Of a stretch of DNA of 64,000 bases, positions 1 through 9,379 are shown one piece after another. Within the stretch, counting starts at the first letter, position 1. Every line of letters starts with the position of its first letter. Made by a program: the position numbers and the translations under genes. The notes beneath the pieces are model-generated. The model was given only the letters and a program-made list of their open reading frames with translations, searched no databases and was not told where the DNA came from. The stretch lies in contig OZ240248.1 in the NCBI GenBank assembly GCA_965198235.1, positions 3,392,001 through 3,456,000 of the forward strand, written 5' to 3'. Source of the stretch: Candidatus Poribacteria bacterium (lineage in GTDB: Bacteria; Poribacteria; WGA-4E; WGA-3G).

Positions 1-739
1 GTGCCAATTTGCGTTGTGTGATTTCTACGTATTGGGGATCCAAATCTATACCGATAACTTTTCTTCCTAATCTCGCGGCAGCCACGGCTGTTGTGCCGGT
101 TCCCATAAATGGATCTAAGACTATATCTCCCTCGTCCGTGCTCATCAAGATGAGACGTTCTAAAAGATGAACTGGGAGTTGGCAAGGGTGCGGATCCCTA
201 TGTTTATTATGACGGATGCGATGAATATCCGACCAGTTATCAGAAACAAGCGGTCCAAAGGGATGCAAAATCTTCTTTTTTCCGCCATAGTCTTTCAACA
301 AATATTCACACTTCCTGCACCGTCTATGTGGATAGCGAATTTCATAAAATTTGTTTTCCTGTTGATTCTTGGCATAAAACAGAATGCCATAATGGGATGG
401 TTGCAAAGTTTTGCCCATTGGAGAGGTTGGAGCATCCCATGCAATCCAGTGTCGAAAATCTGCGACTTCGTTTAGGAAACCGGCATAGTAGAGGAGCCAC
501 TTTGGAATGTTGTGGACAAAGATGGAGCCACTTGGTTTCGTAATCCTGACCATCTCGTGTATCCACTGCCTGCACCAATTGAGATAATCGTCTGTCTCTT
601 TTTTGTCTTTGTAAGTTCCGTACTTCTTTTTGAGATTGAAGGGTGGGTCGGCAAATGTAACGTCGATGCTGTCTGACGGTATGTCCTGCATGACCTCTAT
701 ACAATCACCGTGAATGATTTTATTGATATATTTTTCCAT
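1..739 (-). CDS. Site-specific DNA methyltransferase (N4-C/N6-A, beta class), 3' end runs off the window
   Basis: Translated by hand because it is absent from the ORF track: MEKYINKIIHGDCIEVMQ..TFADPPFN..HPCQLPVHLLERLILMSTDEGDIVLDPFMGTGTT. Catalytic DPPF precedes the SAM-binding FxGxG; GAGG RBS upstream. Confidence 0.92.
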   Translation of the reverse strand, partial: MEKYINKIIHGDCIEVMQDIPSDSIDVTFADPPFNLKKKYGTYKDKKETDDYLNWCRQWIHEMVRITKPSGSIFVHNIPKWLLYYAGFLNEVADFRHWIAWDAPTSPMGKTLQPSHYGILFYAKNQQENKFYEIRYPHRRCRKCEYLLKDYGGKKKILHPFGPLVSDNWSDIHRIRHNKHRDPHPCQLPVHLLERLILMSTDEGDIVLDPFMGTGTTAVAAARLGRKVIGIDLDPQYVEITQRKLA

Positions 740-778
740 AAGGCACCTCAAATGATTCCGGAATTTGTTAACACAGAC

Positions 779-1004
779 GTAGGTTGGGTTGAGCGGGAAA
801 AGACAAGGGAGCACGTTGTTTATGCAGAAGTTTCCGCTTTTCTATGCCCATCCATATAGATATAGCGAAACCCAACTCCCCAAACTATAGATGTAAGGAG
901 GTGTTGGGTTTCACTTGTATTCGGGTAATTTTAGATTTCTCTGCGAAGCGTGAAAGTTATTTTCTGTGTGCGGCTTTCATAGGTCCCCGTTCAACCCAAC
1001 CTAC
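779..1004. repeat. REP-doublet-like nested inverted repeat element
   Basis: Outer IR GTAGGTTGGGTTGAGCGGG / CCCGTTCAACCCAACCTAC and inner IR AGCGAAACCCAAC / GTTGGGTTTCACT. A half copy lies at 33710-33810. Confidence 0.8.
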
Positions 1005-1032
1005 ACACTACAGCAAATTGAATCCCCTAACC

Positions 1033-2322
1033 TTACCCAATCTGCGTCAGACCGCCCATATAGGATTGTAGCACCGCCGGAATACGGACTGTTCCGTCTG
1101 GATTCTGATACGTCTCAAGGAGTGCGATGACAACACGTGGTAATGCTGTACCAGACGCATTCAGCGTGTGAACAAACTCTGGTCTCGCACCGGCTTCACG
1201 GCGGAAGCGGATATTTGCACGACGTGCTTGAAATGCCTCAAAGTTGCTACAGGAGGAGACCTCTAAAAACCGCTGCCGTGCGGGTGCCCAAACCTCAATA
1301 TCGTAGCATTTCGCCGCGGCAAAAGAGAGTTCCACTGTGCAATGTTGCACGACACGATAAGGCAAACCGAGAGCCTGCAGAACGCTTTCGGCGTTCGCCA
1401 ATAGCGTCTTGTGTTCAGCGTACGAGTTTTCAGGCGTGGTAAACTTCACCATCTCCACCTTGTCAAATTGGTGGATACGTTGTAAACCGCGTGTGTCCTT
1501 GCCGTAAGCACCCGCCTCACGCCGGAAACAGGGTGTATAGGCGGTGTAGTAGATAGGCAGTTCATCACCAGAAAGGATCTCACCTGCGAAGATATTTGTC
1601 ATGGGGACCTCGGCAGTCGGAATCAGAAACAGATCGCTGTCCGGGTTCTCCGCATCCCTATCACATCGGTACATATCCGCCTCAAGTTTAGGAATTTGCC
1701 CTGTCCCTGTCATTGCAGGACGGTTGGCGAGGAATGGTGGTGAGATTTCGGTGTAGCCGTGTTGGGTTGTGTGCAAATCAAGCATGAACTGAATCAACGC
1801 ACGCTCCAACCGCGCCCCTAAACCTTTGAAAAGCACAAAATTGCTCCCTGCGACCTTAGTACCGCGTTGAAAATCGACAATATCCAACTCTTCCGCGATT
1901 TCCCAGTGCGGTTTCAACTCAAAATCGAAACTGGGCAATTCACCCCACGTTTTAATTTCGATGTTGTCATCTTCGCTGGTGCCGACGGGTGTGCTTGCCT
2001 CCGGCATATTCGGGATTGTCAACAGGATGGCATCTATCTCGGTTTTAGTGGTGTTGGCTTCGGCGGTGAGTTCCTTGATTTTTTGGGAAAGTTCCCGCAT
2101 CTCCGCGATAGTTTCTGTCGCGTCCTGTTTCGCCTTTTTACGTTCAGCGATTTGTTGTGAGACTTGGTTCTGGTGCGCTTTGAGGGATTGTGTATGTGTC
2201 AAATTCTCGCGCCAGCGTGTATCTAATTCTACCAACCTGTCCAAGTCGGCTTCCGTATGGCGATCTGTTAACATCTGGCGGACATCTTCGATATTTTCGC
2301 GAATAAACTTAAGATCAATCAC
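1033..2322 (-). CDS. serS: Serine--tRNA ligase
   Basis: N-terminal coiled coil MIDLKFIREN, LIPTAE, motif 2 FRREAG, EVSSCSN, HTLNASG. Confidence 0.98.
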   Translation of the reverse strand: MIDLKFIRENIEDVRQMLTDRHTEADLDRLVELDTRWRENLTHTQSLKAHQNQVSQQIAERKKAKQDATETIAEMRELSQKIKELTAEANTTKTEIDAILLTIPNMPEASTPVGTSEDDNIEIKTWGELPSFDFELKPHWEIAEELDIVDFQRGTKVAGSNFVLFKGLGARLERALIQFMLDLHTTQHGYTEISPPFLANRPAMTGTGQIPKLEADMYRCDRDAENPDSDLFLIPTAEVPMTNIFAGEILSGDELPIYYTAYTPCFRREAGAYGKDTRGLQRIHQFDKVEMVKFTTPENSYAEHKTLLANAESVLQALGLPYRVVQHCTVELSFAAAKCYDIEVWAPARQRFLEVSSCSNFEAFQARRANIRFRREAGARPEFVHTLNASGTALPRVVIALLETYQNPDGTVRIPAVLQSYMGGLTQIG

Positions 2323-2418
2323 GGCGGTGCCGCTCCTCTATTGTCGGTGTTGCTTGAATACCTATATTCAGAAGTGAGATTCGTAGATTGCTGCTATGTG
2401 GTGGATCGTCTTGTAACG

Positions 2419-2452
2419 AAAAAACCACAGCATTGTAAAACACAACCTGTGG
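2419..2452 (-). terminator. Intrinsic terminator after the tRNA pair
   Basis: Minus strand CCACAG-GTTGT..ACAAT-G-CTGTGG followed by TTTTTT. Confidence 0.65.
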
Positions 2453-2472
2453 CTAATTCAGCATAATAGAAA

Positions 2473-2547
2473 CGGGCCCGACGGGACTTGAACCCGCGAC
2501 CTCCTGCGTGACAGGCAGGCGCGCTAAACCAACTGCGCCACGAGCCC
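2473..2547 (-). tRNA. tRNA-Asp(GTC)
   Basis: Cloverleaf GGGCTCG..., anticodon arm CCTGC-CT-GTC-AC-GCAGG, T-loop GGTTCAAGTCC; CCA not encoded. Confidence 0.97.
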
Positions 2548-2612
2548 ATAGTATTTTCTGTCTTTCAACCTCGAAATCGAGAGACTTTTCATTTTAAGGC
2601 GGTCACGGCAGA

Positions 2613-2686
2613 TAGGCGGGACAGGACTTGAACCTGTGACCTACAGCTTGTAAGGCTGTCGCTCTAGCCACCTGAGCTACCCGCCC
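2613..2686 (-). tRNA. tRNA-Val(TAC)
   Basis: GGGCGGGTAGCTCAG..., anticodon arm ACAGC-CT-TAC-AA-GCTGT, T-loop GGTTCAAGTCC. Confidence 0.97.
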
Positions 2687-2751
2687 AGAATCTTTCAATT
2701 CCGCAATCGGAGAAACTTTTCAGCATCACCTCATCTCTAAGGACACTATTA

Positions 2752-2780
2752 AGTATACCACAGAGTTTGGTATTTGTCAA
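2752..2780 (-). promoter_or_regulatory. Sigma70 promoter of the tRNA operon
   Basis: TTGACA-N17-TATACT with a TG extension. Confidence 0.8.
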
Positions 2781-2895
2781 GAAAAAATTGTATTTTTTTG
2801 AAAAAAATGAAAAAGAATAACTTTTTTCAAAAAAATGGGTTTTCAGGCACTCATTTCGGATGAGTCCTATGCACTATAACCCAATTCCGGTAGAA

Positions 2896-3600
2896 TTATT
2901 CACGTGGCTTGTCATTTCCGCGGTAGGGTCGCTCGCCACGCACCAGCACTTTCTTTGGATTATCTTCCGATGCGAGTTCATCGGTGCTATGGTAACCGAG
3001 TGTCATACTCATCCGCGTGCTATCCGTTTGATTAATCCCAGCCGAATGGATTATCATGCTATCTATAGCGAGCAAACCCCCGGCTGGCATCGGTAACGGA
3101 ATCGCTTGGTTTGCAGCGATTTGCTGAATTGTTTCGTCCTTAACACTCGCGAACGCAGGTAGATGGTGTGAGCCAGGGACAATCCGTGTGCAACCATTCT
3201 CTAAGTTTGTGTCCTCCAGATAAATCAAGACAGTCGCAATTGTCCGGGACCAATGATGTACATCGCGATGCAACTCAAGCGAATGCGTTGAACCTGCGTC
3301 TCGGAGATAGACGTGATTGTGGCGATTCAACACAAATTCTATATTTGAACCCAATAATGATTCCAACGGGTTGAGGATTTCGTCGCAAGTAATCGTTTCT
3401 TGGAAGATGCCACCACGCTGCCAAACAGCAGAGATTCGGATAATTCTACCGTCTTGTCGGGCAACAGGTTCCACGCCTTCTTCCATGTCTTTCAGCGCGG
3501 CCGCTTTAAGTGCCTCCACATGATCCTTAGAGAGTTGCGTCGGAAACCTGATAAAGCCGTTGTGGCGAAACATCTGGATTTCTTGGGGAGTCAGTTCCAT
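2896..3600 (-). CDS. Phytanoyl-CoA dioxygenase (PhyH) family 2OG-Fe(II) oxygenase
   Basis: LHRD, ENGCTRIVPGSH and the distal His in HSAG. Confidence 0.9.
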   Translation of the reverse strand: MELTPQEIQMFRHNGFIRFPTQLSKDHVEALKAAALKDMEEGVEPVARQDGRIIRISAVWQRGGIFQETITCDEILNPLESLLGSNIEFVLNRHNHVYLRDAGSTHSLELHRDVHHWSRTIATVLIYLEDTNLENGCTRIVPGSHHLPAFASVKDETIQQIAANQAIPLPMPAGGLLAIDSMIIHSAGINQTDSTRMSMTLGYHSTDELASEDNPKKVLVRGERPYRGNDKPRE

Positions 3601-3829
3601 CGGTTCTCCTTACCTTGTTTTTAGAATCAATTATAGGATGTTAGTTTAACGTAAATTGATAAGGAAGTCAACAGAGAAATAAGGGAGGTGGGGTTTTCTG
3701 AGAAAGCGGAGACAATTACGCCTTGATAGCGCAATTTGGTAACGAAAGATGAGAATATTTCGTTTTGTTTTATAGGATATGAAATAAAAAATCGGAGAAA
3801 AACAACATCGTGCCAGAGGAGAAAGAATA

Positions 3830-5293
3830 ATGAAAATATGGTGTTCTTGCCTGCTAATCCTTTCTTTGGTAGTATTATCCGGATGTGTAAGCATGTCCGG
3901 TTATAGAGCGGCTTCATCGCGCCATCACGCATATGCCAGCGGACAAATACATGCGACTGCCGCTGAATGGCGTACGCTTATTTCAGAGTTTCAGGAAGTT
4001 ATTGATACAAATACGCAAGGTCCCGCGGCTGATGACGCACAATACGCGATCGCTTCCAGTTGGGTTTGGAGCATCAAAGCCGGTGACACTGAAGCACCTC
4101 AGCAGGCGATTGAGGCTTTCCAGAAACTGATTCGCAGCTATCCTAACTCACGGTATGTACCACGAGCACACTACTGGTTGGGACGTTGCTATACCTATAT
4201 CGGTGACGATTACCAAGCCATCACGCAGTATCAGATTGTGGAGAGTCGCTATGCGGGTTCTGAAATATCCGACCCCGCCCAATTAGAATTGGCACGCGTA
4301 TACATGAGGCAAGGTTACGTCACACGCGCCGAGACGCTCTATGCTAATCTTATCGAATCTTCAACAGATCGGGAAATTATTGTTGCTGCCACTGAGGAAC
4401 TACGACCTCTCAAAACTCAACCATTCAAAATACAACGAAAATCGGTAGTATCGTCTCCTGAAAGTTTAGTTCAAACACAAACGCAATCCAAACCTCAACC
4501 AGAGCCTGCATTACCTATTCCCGAAACGAAAAAACCTTTGGTTCCCGAATCACTGACACGTGAATTTGGATTAACCGCGAAGACGATTGTTATTGATCCT
4601 GGTCATGGAGGCAAAGACCCAGGAGCATTGGGCAGGGGGTCCTTACAAGAGAAAGCCATTGTTCTCAGCATCTCTGAAAAACTTCGTGAGGTATTAACGC
4701 AAAAAGGCTACACTGTCCTGATGACACGTGATACCAATCGTTTCATTCCGCTCAAGGAGCGTACTGCATTCGCAACGCAACGCAAAGCGGACCTCTTTCT
4801 GAGCATTCATGTTAACGGGAGTGAAAGTCCTAAAGCAAAAGGTATCGAAACCTACTATCTGAGCGTCACCAGTACAGACAAAGCCTCAGAAGATATTGCA
4901 TCGCGGGAAAATGCAGACTCAGGCTATAGTATTCAAGAACTGGAAGCACTGCTGAAGGAAATCATACAGGAGAGCAAAAGCGGAGATAGTAAGCGATTGG
5001 CAAGACACGTACAACAAGCATTGGTACAAGCTACAGGCGCGGTCGACCGTGGGGTCAAACACGCGCGGTTTGTCGTTTTGATCGGAACAAACGTACCTGC
5101 TGTCCTCATCGAGACCGGATTTGTATCGAATCCGACGGAAGGACAAAAACTCACAACACAGGCGTATCAACATAAAATCGCCACTGCTATCGCACAGGGC
5201 ATCGAGAAGTTTTTGGGGAAGACCGAGGGAGCACCTCTTGTCAAAGGTGGGAACCCAAAATTTGCCTCTACAAGTGTTGAGAGAAACAGGTAG
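3830..5293 (+). CDS. N-acetylmuramoyl-L-alanine amidase (Amidase_3) with lipoprotein signal and N-terminal TPR domain
   Basis: LSGC lipobox; TPR helices (YPNSRYVPRAHYWLG); IDPGHGGKDPG, FLSIHVN, PAVLIETGF. Confidence 0.92.
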   Translation: MKIWCSCLLILSLVVLSGCVSMSGYRAASSRHHAYASGQIHATAAEWRTLISEFQEVIDTNTQGPAADDAQYAIASSWVWSIKAGDTEAPQQAIEAFQKLIRSYPNSRYVPRAHYWLGRCYTYIGDDYQAITQYQIVESRYAGSEISDPAQLELARVYMRQGYVTRAETLYANLIESSTDREIIVAATEELRPLKTQPFKIQRKSVVSSPESLVQTQTQSKPQPEPALPIPETKKPLVPESLTREFGLTAKTIVIDPGHGGKDPGALGRGSLQEKAIVLSISEKLREVLTQKGYTVLMTRDTNRFIPLKERTAFATQRKADLFLSIHVNGSESPKAKGIETYYLSVTSTDKASEDIASRENADSGYSIQELEALLKEIIQESKSGDSKRLARHVQQALVQATGAVDRGVKHARFVVLIGTNVPAVLIETGFVSNPTEGQKLTTQAYQHKIATAIAQGIEKFLGKTEGAPLVKGGNPKFASTSVERNR

Positions 5294-5303
5294 GGTGTGG
5301 TCA

Positions 5304-7361
5304 ATGAAGTTTTTTCCAGCAAGTTCCCAAACCCAGTTGCACTCTTCGCGAAAACCTGCCCGAAACGAAGTGGAGGGCAGAGCGGATGTCCATAGTTTAA
5401 AAATCTTGCTCGTATGTGTGCTTTTCTGGTGCATCGGTGGACTCAACCCTGCCGTCCCACAGCAAGCACAGATTGCGATTGTCCTACCGACAGCCACATC
5501 CGGGGTATCAGAGGGAGACGTTCAATATGCTCGTTCTGTCGCTAAGCGATTCAGTCGCATGCTCGGCCTCATCGGGTTCACTGCCGACACTTTTGAAGAA
5601 TCATCGCTCTCTAAGGCTCAACTGAAATCCGTTAAGTTGATTGTTCTTCCATTGAACGCTGTCCTGTCAACACAGACGGCGAGCCTCTTGAAAAATTTCG
5701 TTGCGGGTGGTGGTAAACTTTTCGTAACCTATAACTTAGCGGACACGGTGGCACCGATCTTGGGTTTGCGGCAAACGGATTGGTTAAAAGAGGAATCACC
5801 TGGACAGTTTGCTTCAATTCAGCTGAGCGCGCCCGAAATACCTGATATGCCGGCATCTATTAGACAAGTATCGTGGAACATTACAGTCGCAGCACTGACA
5901 GCACCTCAGACGAAAGTTATCGGGTATTGGCACAATATGGCAGGAGAATCGACAAATTTGCCTGCTCTTTTTATGGGCGAAGCGGGTGTATTCTTCAGCC
6001 ACATTTTCCTTCCAGACGACATCCTAACCAAGACACGAATGCTTGCCGCACTTTTGGGACATCTCGTTCCAGAATTTCGGCAGACACTTGCCAAACGGGC
6101 TATAGAGACGATGACCACTGTGGGGCATACAGATGGTCTTGAGGTTTTGGCGATGTTTGTCCAGGAAAGTGGGGTGCCGGAAGCGATAGGTGCCTTGGAA
6201 ACAGGAAAACGTTTGATGGAGAAGGCGCGCGCCGAGTATAACAGTAGGGTTTATAGTCCTGCGATAACTACAGCACGTGCAAGCCGAGAGGCATTTTCAA
6301 AAGCCTATTTCTTGTCGCATATTAGCCTTGAAACCGAGGGGCGCGCCGTGTGGAATCATTCTGGTCTCGGTGCCTATCCCGGCGATTGGGACAGATCCGC
6401 CAAAGAATTGGCAGAGGCAGGCGTGAATATGATTCTCCCAAACATGGCATGGGCAGGGGTGGCGCATTATCCCAGTAAAGTCTTACCACAGAGCAAAACC
6501 TTTACGCAATATGGAGATCAGTTAGCACAGTGCGTTACGGCGGCACGCACGTACGGTTTAGAAGTGCATGTGTGGAAGATTACATGGAATTTGGAAGGTG
6601 CACCGAAAGGATTCGTTGAAAAGATGCGGGAAGATGGACGAACCCAAGTCTCCGCAACCGGAAAGCCACTCAATTGGCTCTGCCCATCACACCCGAAAAA
6701 CGTCCAGTTGGAATTAGAGAGCATACTGGAGATTGTAGCGAATTACGATGTAGATGGCATCCATCTGGATTATATCCGTTATCCCGGAAGCCATGCGTGT
6801 TACTGTGAGGAATGCCGTAAAAGATTCATGCTTGCGACGCGACAGCAGATTGACGAATGGCCCGCCTCGGTTTTGCCGAAGAGTGGGACTTATAGCGATA
6901 AATATATTGAGTGGCGGTCGCAACAAATCACCCGCTTGGTTCGCTTGCTACACAAACGGCTGCGAGAGGCGAACCCTGACATCAAACTTTCTACAGCCGT
7001 CTTCGGAGGTTACCCAGCGTGTGTCACTTCTATCGGACAGGACTGGATTGCATGGGCAAAGGCAGGTTATGTCGATTTCGTGTGCCCAATGAACTATACA
7101 GAGGATACGAACTATTTCACAGAGTTATTAGCCAATCAACTCGCTCTGATGCCGAAGGGGGTAGCCATTTATCCCGGTATTGGCGCGACTGCCACTAATT
7201 CGCTACTGACCTCAGATGCGGTGGTTGAGCAGATATACCGCTCGCGTTCCTTAGGGGCTTCAGGGTGGACAATTTTTGACTATTCCCTTGATATTTCTGA
7301 AACTGTGTTACCCGCACTCGGAATGGGTGTCGGGAAACACAAGGCAGACCCGCCACATTGA
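5304..7361 (+). CDS. Secreted glycoside hydrolase-like GHL10 (DUF187) protein
   Basis: C-terminal TIM barrel EGRAVW, GLEVHVW, WLCPSHP, YDVDGIHLDYIRYP, DFVCPMNY; start uncertain. Confidence 0.8.
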   Translation: MKFFPASSQTQLHSSRKPARNEVEGRADVHSLKILLVCVLFWCIGGLNPAVPQQAQIAIVLPTATSGVSEGDVQYARSVAKRFSRMLGLIGFTADTFEESSLSKAQLKSVKLIVLPLNAVLSTQTASLLKNFVAGGGKLFVTYNLADTVAPILGLRQTDWLKEESPGQFASIQLSAPEIPDMPASIRQVSWNITVAALTAPQTKVIGYWHNMAGESTNLPALFMGEAGVFFSHIFLPDDILTKTRMLAALLGHLVPEFRQTLAKRAIETMTTVGHTDGLEVLAMFVQESGVPEAIGALETGKRLMEKARAEYNSRVYSPAITTARASREAFSKAYFLSHISLETEGRAVWNHSGLGAYPGDWDRSAKELAEAGVNMILPNMAWAGVAHYPSKVLPQSKTFTQYGDQLAQCVTAARTYGLEVHVWKITWNLEGAPKGFVEKMREDGRTQVSATGKPLNWLCPSHPKNVQLELESILEIVANYDVDGIHLDYIRYPGSHACYCEECRKRFMLATRQQIDEWPASVLPKSGTYSDKYIEWRSQQITRLVRLLHKRLREANPDIKLSTAVFGGYPACVTSIGQDWIAWAKAGYVDFVCPMNYTEDTNYFTELLANQLALMPKGVAIYPGIGATATNSLLTSDAVVEQIYRSRSLGASGWTIFDYSLDISETVLPALGMGVGKHKADPPH

Positions 7362-7530
7362 CAAGTGTATTCGCTTTCGTTTCTGTATCAGAATTGTAAA
7401 ACATCTTTATTATTACCGCTCCCTAGTTGCGAAATAGAACCCAATTTTTTATGTATCTTACCCCCAGATTCTCCTTGCATACCGTTGATAAATCGTGTAA
7501 ACTAAATTGAAAGAAGAAAAAGGTGATACC

Positions 7531-7785
7531 ATGGCTCTCAATAAGGATAGACTTAAAATTGTCTATGACCGAGAGGCGGATGTGCTGTATGTAACAAAAG
7601 GCACCCCCGAGCACACCGACTACGTCGAATACACCGAGGATGTTATTCTGCGCTTCCATCCAGAGACGAAACAACTGGTAGGTTTTACGCTCATTGATTT
7701 TTCTGAGCACTTCGCCCAGAAGGACTCGGACATCGCGCTGCCTTTCGGTGTGGATTTTCATGTGCGCACTGTGCCGCGTGCCTAA
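7531..7785 (+). CDS. DUF2283 domain protein
   Basis: KIVYDREADVLYV..DVILRFHPETKQLVGFTLIDF; AGGTG RBS. Confidence 0.8.
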   Translation: MALNKDRLKIVYDREADVLYVTKGTPEHTDYVEYTEDVILRFHPETKQLVGFTLIDFSEHFAQKDSDIALPFGVDFHVRTVPRA

Positions 7786-7853
7786 AAATGTTCTAACTAC
7801 AGATTATAGAAGTTTCCTATCCTACGAAAAATTAAAGGAGGTTTTTTGAATTA

Positions 7854-9314
7854 ATGGCGCAAAAACCGAATATCCTATTTTTGATGAGCGATGAGCATAG
7901 TCCCCATGCTATAGGATGTGAGGGCAATGATATTGTCCAAACACCAAATCTTGACCGACTTGCGGGGTCTGGAACCTATTTTGAGAGTGCGTACTGCCAA
8001 GTACCGCTCTGCACTCCTTCCCGGATGTGTATGCTAACTGGGAAACACGCACACCGATGTTCAGCGTGGAATAACGGGTCTGTCCTGTTTCCTGAACATC
8101 TCACGATGCCTGCGCATTTTGCACAGCACGGTTATGCGACTGCACTCGTTGGGAAGATGCACTTTGGTGGGAAAGAGCAGAATAACGGTTTCCAATCTCG
8201 ACCTTACGGCGACCTACGCGGGTATGCCGGGCACCAAACAGATCCGTTGAAGACTCCATCTGGGACGCGACAGCGAACACGATTTGCTGGAGTCACTGAA
8301 ATCCCGACCAGCATGCTACAAGAACGGGTTATCAATACGGAAACACTTGAATACTTAAGATCACAACCCTCAGAACAGCCATGGTTTCTGCTGGCAAGTT
8401 ATAGTCGCCCACATTTCCCTCTCACAGCCCCCAAACGACTCTTTGATAAGTATTGGCCCGATACTGTGGATATGCCCAACGTTCCAGAGGGACACTTGGA
8501 GCAGACGCACCGCTTCGCGAAAGGTTTGCGGGACAACTTCAAAACGGATGAAATACCCATGGAAGAAGCTCGTAAAGCGCGAGCGGCGTACTACGCCTGT
8601 TGCGAATTCCTTGACGAGACCATCGGAGACCTGCTCACTCTTTTGGAGCGTGACGGTTTACTGGATAACACTATCATCGTTTATACAACCGATCATGGTG
8701 AAATGGCAGGAGAACATGGACAGTGGTGGAAATCAAGTTACTATGAAGCAGCCGCACGGGTGCCTTTAATTTTATGGGACAGACATCTGCCGCAGTCACA
8801 CGGAGAGCGAGTGACTGCACCTGTCGAGTTGAACGATCTCTTCCCAACACTATGTGCCAGAGCCGATATTCCTATCCCCGCAGATTTAGATGGCGCAGAT
8901 CTGACAAATCTTATGTCGGGTAACACTGAAGGTTGGCGTAACACCGCAATCACCGAATACTGGTCGAACCAGACCACGGGACCAATGCGTATGCTCCGAA
9001 CGCCTCGCTATAAATATGTCGCTTTCCCTGAAGATGAATCCATTCTCTTTGATTTAGAAACAGACCCAGGTGAATTTGAGAATCTCGCAGGTCAAGCAGC
9101 GTCCCAAGAACTTGAGGCATCTCTCCATGAACAACTTATGGATGGGTTCTCATGGGAGTCTGTTGAGGAACAGATGGCTATGGATAAAGAGCGGAGTCGA
9201 GATTTCAAAGAACCGTGGGGCGGAGGCACTCCGAATCAATACACACTACCTGATGGACGTGTTGTTGATGCGGAAACCTGTCTCTATCGTCCTTCAGTGA
9301 GAGACGAAGGCTGA
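7854..9314 (+). CDS. Sulfatase (choline-sulfatase-like)
   Basis: KPNILFLMSDEH, CTPSR formylglycine motif, GKMH, TDHGE. Confidence 0.93.
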   Translation: MAQKPNILFLMSDEHSPHAIGCEGNDIVQTPNLDRLAGSGTYFESAYCQVPLCTPSRMCMLTGKHAHRCSAWNNGSVLFPEHLTMPAHFAQHGYATALVGKMHFGGKEQNNGFQSRPYGDLRGYAGHQTDPLKTPSGTRQRTRFAGVTEIPTSMLQERVINTETLEYLRSQPSEQPWFLLASYSRPHFPLTAPKRLFDKYWPDTVDMPNVPEGHLEQTHRFAKGLRDNFKTDEIPMEEARKARAAYYACCEFLDETIGDLLTLLERDGLLDNTIIVYTTDHGEMAGEHGQWWKSSYYEAAARVPLILWDRHLPQSHGERVTAPVELNDLFPTLCARADIPIPADLDGADLTNLMSGNTEGWRNTAITEYWSNQTTGPMRMLRTPRYKYVAFPEDESILFDLETDPGEFENLAGQAASQELEASLHEQLMDGFSWESVEEQMAMDKERSRDFKEPWGGGTPNQYTLPDGRVVDAETCLYRPSVRDEG

Positions 9315-9379
9315 TAGTGCTTTAAGCGTTAAAAAATCATATTGCAAAGCGCAAAGTCGAGACACCATAATTACCCCCG

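Noticed and set aside
342-704. 120-aa ORF from the track
   Set aside because: It is an out-of-frame shadow of the methyltransferase gene.
2320-2345. T-box-like GGAGCGGCACCGCC upstream of serS
   Set aside because: It lacks the UGGN needed to pair with tRNA NCCA, there is little room for stem I, and it is explained as an RBS plus spacer.
5121-5303. N-terminal extension of the GHL10 ORF
   Set aside because: It overlaps the amidase gene in another frame; the start is more plausibly at 5304 or later.
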